Positions 59,691-64,000 of a stretch of DNA of 64,000 nt are shown in pieces. Source of the DNA: Smithellaceae bacterium (GTDB lineage Bacteria; Desulfobacterota; Syntrophia; Syntrophales; Smithellaceae); assembly GCA_963667845.2 (NCBI GenBank), contig CAXXVL010000002.1:1408001-1472000 (forward strand). The letters are read 5' to 3'. The translations under genes and the position numbers were made by a program. Positions within the stretch are counted from its first letter, which is position 1. Every line of letters begins with the position of its first letter. The notes beneath the pieces were generated by a model. The model searched no databases, was not told where the DNA came from, and saw only the letters and a list, made by a program, of their open reading frames with translations.

Positions 59691-61162
59691 GAAATCCCGT
59701 CGAAGGTAAGAATATTATCGTTATCGGATCGGGTGTCGGCGGCCTTTCCGCCGGCATTCTGCTTGCGCTTCTTGATTATCACGTCACGGTCGTGGAAAGA
59801 AACCGTGAGCCGGGCGGCCTGATGCGATCTTATACGCGCCGGGGAATCGATTGTCCGGTGGGCGTCCATTATGTCGGCGGGCTGGATCCGTCGGAACCGC
59901 TGGGGAAAATGTTTCGCATCCTGGGTATTCCAGCGGAGAGCCTGTTTTACCGCATGAGCAGCACTAACGTCACAGACCGCTACATCTTCGATGATTTCAT
60001 TTTTGATCTGCCGACGGGCCTTGCCGCCTATGAAAAAAATCTTCGCGAGGCATGTCCGGCAGACGGTGCGGCGCTGGATGTCCTGATGAAGAATCTGCGC
60101 GGGATTGCCGGCCAGATGATGGAGCCGTCGTTTTTCCTCAAGCAGAACGATCCCTTTCAGAATGTGGACTTTTTCCGGCCGATGGGGGAGTTGCTCGACG
60201 AGCTCGCAGCGTCTGCGAGGCTTCGAGCGATACTGGCCGTGCCCTGCCAATTGATCGGCGTTTGGCTTAAGGATTGTCCGGTGATCTTTCATCACATGGT
60301 GGTGGCCGGATATCTGTTTTCATCGTGGCGTCTGAAAGACGCCGGTGCGAAAATGGCGGATCTCTTTGCCGCAAGGTTTACCGGGCTGGGCGGAAAGCTG
60401 ATTCTGAATGCGTCCGTGCAAAAAATTAACCTCGCCAAAGGGAAAGTGACCGGGGTCCATCTCACAACCGGAGAGGATCTTGAGGCAGATGCCGTCGTCG
60501 CGGCAATCCATCCCAAGACGATGCTCGGAATGCTTGAGGAAGGCGCTCTGCGCGCGTCTTTACGGGAGAGAATTCTGGAGCTCGAAGAGACGGATGGCGT
60601 GATTGCCGTGCAGGCCGCAGTCGATGCGGCTCTCCACGCTGAAGTTGAACATAATATTTACCGCCTGCAATACAACGAAAAGGGGACTGTCATAGCCGGT
60701 ATTTTTTATCAGATACGGAAAAGCAACGATCCGGGGACGCATTTGCTGTCCATCATCACCCGTTCATGTTACAGTGAATGGAGCCCCTGGGAAAATACGC
60801 TGTCCGGACGGCGCGGCGGGGCCTATGAGGAAAAGAAAATGGCGATTGCCCGCGATCTGACGAAAAAAGCAGAGGGTATCTTCGGACCCCTGGCGAATGT
60901 GCGGATTTTGGACGTGTTTACGCCTTTGACGCTGCGTGACTACATGAATTGTCCCGGGGGATCCTGTTACGGCGTGTTGCGCTCTGCGAGGCAGCTTTTG
61001 AAGATGGCCTCTTTAAATCATCTGCCGATCGGCGGACTTTGCCTGGCCGGGCAAAATGCAATGGCGCCGGGCGTTCTGGGCAGTATCCTCGGATCATTCA
61101 ACGCCGCGAGGCAAATCGTCGGCGATGAGCGTTTTGCCCGGGAATTTCGTGCACTACTCTAA
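59687..61162 (+). CDS. Phytoene desaturase-like FAD-dependent oxidoreductase
   Basis: GSGVGG, PGG..RSY.R, GVHYVG, TPLT.RDY, LAGQ. Confidence 0.85.
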   Translation: MRNPVEGKNIIVIGSGVGGLSAGILLALLDYHVTVVERNREPGGLMRSYTRRGIDCPVGVHYVGGLDPSEPLGKMFRILGIPAESLFYRMSSTNVTDRYIFDDFIFDLPTGLAAYEKNLREACPADGAALDVLMKNLRGIAGQMMEPSFFLKQNDPFQNVDFFRPMGELLDELAASARLRAILAVPCQLIGVWLKDCPVIFHHMVVAGYLFSSWRLKDAGAKMADLFAARFTGLGGKLILNASVQKINLAKGKVTGVHLTTGEDLEADAVVAAIHPKTMLGMLEEGALRASLRERILELEETDGVIAVQAAVDAALHAEVEHNIYRLQYNEKGTVIAGIFYQIRKSNDPGTHLLSIITRSCYSEWSPWENTLSGRRGGAYEEKKMAIARDLTKKAEGIFGPLANVRILDVFTPLTLRDYMNCPGGSCYGVLRSARQLLKMASLNHLPIGGLCLAGQNAMAPGVLGSILGSFNAARQIVGDERFAREFRALL

Positions 61163-61279
61163 TGCTGGACGGCGGCGCTGATTTATGTTAATTTTCGCGG
61201 CGCTTTTCGTCCGCGCCGGAAAAAGCGGTCGAGTCCTTTTGGGACTCAAGAAAACAACTAAAGGAGCTATTCCAAGTCA

Positions 61280-61552
61280 ATGATACGTCAGGATATTGAA
61301 AACGAAGTCCGCAGCATATTCTTGAGGGAGTTTGAGATTGAGAATCCTGAACTCGATGTCAATCTGCGGGAAGCCTACGGATTTGACAGTATCGACGCCA
61401 TTGAACTGCTTTTGCAGATCGAAAAGTTCCTGGGCTCGGAATTGACGCAGGATGAAAAAAAGAAGGCCATGGACATCCGGACGATGAACCAGATTATCGA
61501 CTATATCGAAATGCTGGCCAAAAAACGCGGGATTGTGCTGGAGACAAAATAA
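61280..61552 (+). CDS. Acyl carrier protein
   Basis: GFDSIDAIE phosphopantetheine site; small and acidic. Confidence 0.9.
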   Translation: MIRQDIENEVRSIFLREFEIENPELDVNLREAYGFDSIDAIELLLQIEKFLGSELTQDEKKKAMDIRTMNQIIDYIEMLAKKRGIVLETK

Positions 61553-61555
61553 ATC

Positions 61556-62794
61556 ATGGAACACAGAGTCGTTATAACCGCCTGTTCGGCCATCTCGCCC
61601 ATCGGGCACGGCAAGGATGACATCGTCGCCAGCCTGACCCACGGAATCTCCGGCGTCAAGACGCTGCGCGAAGATGAGATGATCAGCCGTTTCATTCATT
61701 CCCGCGTTTACGGCACGGTGGACTATCCGATCGCGTATGATTTCAACCGCCAGAACCGCAAAACCATGGGACCGGTCGCCTACTATGCCTGCCAGGTTGC
61801 CAAGGAAGTGCTGGCGGAAGCCGGGCTTCCCGGGGAATTCGTGACGGGCGGCCGTCTGGGCATTGCGTTCGGGTCGATTCACGGCTCGCCCACCGTGCAG
61901 CGCGATATCTACAAGATTTTTTTTGAAGCCAAAGATAAGAGCACTTACCAGAGCATCGGCGCAGTGGATTATCTGAAATCCATGGTGCACACCACGGCCG
62001 TCAATATTTCGAAGATGTTCGGCATTACCGGCCGCATCATTGCGTCGGGAACCGCCTGCACCACGGCCAGCCAGTCGATCGGTTATGGTTACGAAGCGGT
62101 GAAGTACGGCTTGCAGGATGCCATGCTCTGCGGAGGCGCGGATGAGTATGATACGATCACCGTCGCCGTTTTCGATAACCTGCTGGCGTGTTCCACCTCG
62201 TTTAACGACCGGCCCGACCAGACGCCCCGTCCGTTTGACCGGGCGCGCGACGGCCTCGTGGTCGCCGAAGGCGCGGGCGCCGTCATGCTGGAAGATTATG
62301 AATTCGCGAAAAAACGCGGCGCAAACATTCTGGCCGAAGTAATCGGGTTTGCCTGCAACTCCAACGGCGGCGATTTGATCCTGCCCAATCTCGACGGGAT
62401 TACCAAGACGCTTCAACTCAGCCTGGAAAACGCCGGGATCAATGCCTCGGAGGTTGATCTGGTGAGCGCTCACGCCACAGCCACCAAGATGGGCGATATC
62501 ATCGAAGCGCAGGCCACGGGGGCGGTTTTCGGCCGTGAACCTTATGTGGTGGCTCTGAAGAGCTATATGGGGCACACGATGGCGGCCTGCGGCGCCATTG
62601 AGACGGTTTTAATGATTTACATGATGCAGGAAGGATTTATCGCGCCGACGCTCAATCTGGTAGATATTGATGAACGCTGCGCAATGGTGCGTCACGTCCA
62701 GAAGCTCATCGAACAGCCCGTCCGAACCGCGGCCATCCAGAATTTTGCGTTCGGCGGCGTTAATACCAGCCTGCTTATTCGAAAGTTGACCTGA
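61556..62794 (+). CDS. Beta-ketoacyl-ACP synthase (FabF-like)
   Basis: TACTTAS (Cys), RPFD..RDG, SAHATAT, KSYMGHT, NFAFGG. Confidence 0.92.
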   Translation: MEHRVVITACSAISPIGHGKDDIVASLTHGISGVKTLREDEMISRFIHSRVYGTVDYPIAYDFNRQNRKTMGPVAYYACQVAKEVLAEAGLPGEFVTGGRLGIAFGSIHGSPTVQRDIYKIFFEAKDKSTYQSIGAVDYLKSMVHTTAVNISKMFGITGRIIASGTACTTASQSIGYGYEAVKYGLQDAMLCGGADEYDTITVAVFDNLLACSTSFNDRPDQTPRPFDRARDGLVVAEGAGAVMLEDYEFAKKRGANILAEVIGFACNSNGGDLILPNLDGITKTLQLSLENAGINASEVDLVSAHATATKMGDIIEAQATGAVFGREPYVVALKSYMGHTMAACGAIETVLMIYMMQEGFIAPTLNLVDIDERCAMVRHVQKLIEQPVRTAAIQNFAFGGVNTSLLIRKLT

Positions 62795-62801
62795 AATCAA
62801 C

Positions 62802-63587
62802 ATGGCCATTCTTCGACCCCTTCAGCGCTGCAGCGAATTTTGTCTCACGGTGCTCCTGTGGGTTTATTTTCTTTTCGGCTATTTCATCATTCTGCTGTTA
62901 TTTTTCATCCCTGTTTATGTTCGACTGAAGCGCTGTGACGCCGCTTTGCAGAAAATGAACCATCTGCATTTGAAATGCTTTTTCATCTGGCTGGGATTTC
63001 TGGCACCCCGCACAAAATTTGAGATTGATGAAGAGGTGCGTGCACTTCGTTCCTCCATCATCGTCTGTAATCATATTTCGTATCTGGACCCGATCCTGCT
63101 GGTGTCGCTTTTCCCGCGCCACACGACGATTGTCAAACATACGTTTTTCCCCGTGCCGATTTTCGGCTGGTTCCTAAAAAAGGCGGGATACGTGCCGTCA
63201 TCGTCCTCGGAAATATTCAGCCCGGCGATGACGGCGAACCTGGAAGGGATCAAGCGCCACCTCGCCCACGGCGGCAACCTGTTCGTCTTTCCCGAAGGGA
63301 CGCGCGGTCGCGGCGGCAGGCTTCTGCCGTTCAATAAAGGCGTATTCAGCATCGCCCGTTACTGCAACACGGGCCTGCGGCTGGTTTCTATCCGGGGGAC
63401 CGACAGCCTGTTTTCTCCCGGCTCATTTTCTTTCCATATGCTTGCCAGGAATGTCATTTCAATGAAATTGATTGCCACGCTCACGCCGGATTATCAGGCC
63501 GGCGATTTCTCAGTCAACGTCCTGGGGGATCAGGCGAAAGAAATTTTCAAGCAAACAAACGCCGCCGACGCGTCCGGCCGATCATAA
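62802..63587 (+). CDS. Lysophospholipid acyltransferase family protein
   Basis: NHISYLD, FPEGTRG. Confidence 0.88.
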   Translation: MAILRPLQRCSEFCLTVLLWVYFLFGYFIILLLFFIPVYVRLKRCDAALQKMNHLHLKCFFIWLGFLAPRTKFEIDEEVRALRSSIIVCNHISYLDPILLVSLFPRHTTIVKHTFFPVPIFGWFLKKAGYVPSSSSEIFSPAMTANLEGIKRHLAHGGNLFVFPEGTRGRGGRLLPFNKGVFSIARYCNTGLRLVSIRGTDSLFSPGSFSFHMLARNVISMKLIATLTPDYQAGDFSVNVLGDQAKEIFKQTNAADASGRS

Positions 63588-63670
63588 GGGTCAAGGATAA
63601 AGGTTCAAGGATAAAATGTGCGGGCGCTCCGCGCCCCTCCTTGTACCTTGTACCTTGAACCTTGCACCTC
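63586..63670. repeat. Inverted heptamer repeat tract between convergent genes
   Basis: AAGGGTC AAGGATA AAGGTTC AAGGATA ... CCTTGTA CCTTGTA CCTTGAA CCTTGCA. Confidence 0.75.
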
Positions 63671-63998
63671 AATCAGCCAGCACTTCTCTTATTTTCCGGG
63701 CGAGATCATAAAGACGGTAAGGCTTTTGCAGGAAAGCCCGGACACCTTTGTTCATAATATCCTGAGCCTTGCCGTTCAGGCTGTATCCGCTCGACAGGAT
63801 TGCCCGGATGGATGGATTGATGGCTTTGAGCTGGTCAAAAGTATCGCTGCCGCTGATTCCTGGCATGATCATATCGATGATGACCAGATCAATGTCGGCG
63901 TGCTTTCGGGTATAGATTTTAATAGCCTCTTCGCCGTTACTGGCTGTCGTGATCGTGTAGCCCAGTTCCCTGAGCAGCCGGCCCGTGACGTCCGTAAT
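63669..63998 (-). CDS. C-terminal receiver domain, probably of a hybrid histidine kinase; start lies beyond the window
   Basis: Frame open to the window edge: LRELGYTITTASNGEEA...DLVIIDMIMPG...SSGY...KPY. Confidence 0.85.
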   Translation of the reverse strand: MTDVTGRLLRELGYTITTASNGEEAIKIYTRKHADIDLVIIDMIMPGISGSDTFDQLKAINPSIRAILSSGYSLNGKAQDIMNKGVRAFLQKPYRLYDLARKIREVLAD

Positions 63999-64000
63999 CA

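Overview
A moderately GC-rich chromosomal window from an anaerobic bacterium. Gene content (many acyl-CoA ligases, CoA-enzyme activase, system II cytochrome c maturation, multiheme cytochromes) suggests a Desulfobacterota/Syntrophales-type organism; this is inference. Housekeeping blocks (fbp-aldolase, nnr, polyprenyl synthase-rimO-ftsK-plsC, livHMGF, mce-meaB) surround a ~12 kb periplasmic redox island at 23.9-36.0 kb. Main discovery: the ORF track splits one gene at an in-frame TGA (26603-26605) that is followed by a SECIS-like hairpin. Read through, 26432-27679 encodes a signal-peptide-bearing, 11-CxxCH multiheme cytochrome c with a probable selenocysteine (GEGEG-U-AG). It heads a cluster with an exported tandem rhodanese, an octaheme cytochrome, a Cys-less rhodanese-like protein, a 9-heme c/cytochrome b membrane protein and ResB/CcsA. 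Together these form a candidate selenium-dependent sulfur-compound electron-transfer system. Also present: an integron gene cassette (GNAT gene with attC) without an integrase, followed by an rsgA paralogue in cassette position; an 82-bp tandem REP-like array; three copies of a ~100-bp dispersed element; heptamer repeat hairpins; a Cys-less FdhD; a caspase-like lipoprotein; and a compact aryl-polyene-like type II FAS cluster. No rRNA, tRNA or CRISPR array was recognised.
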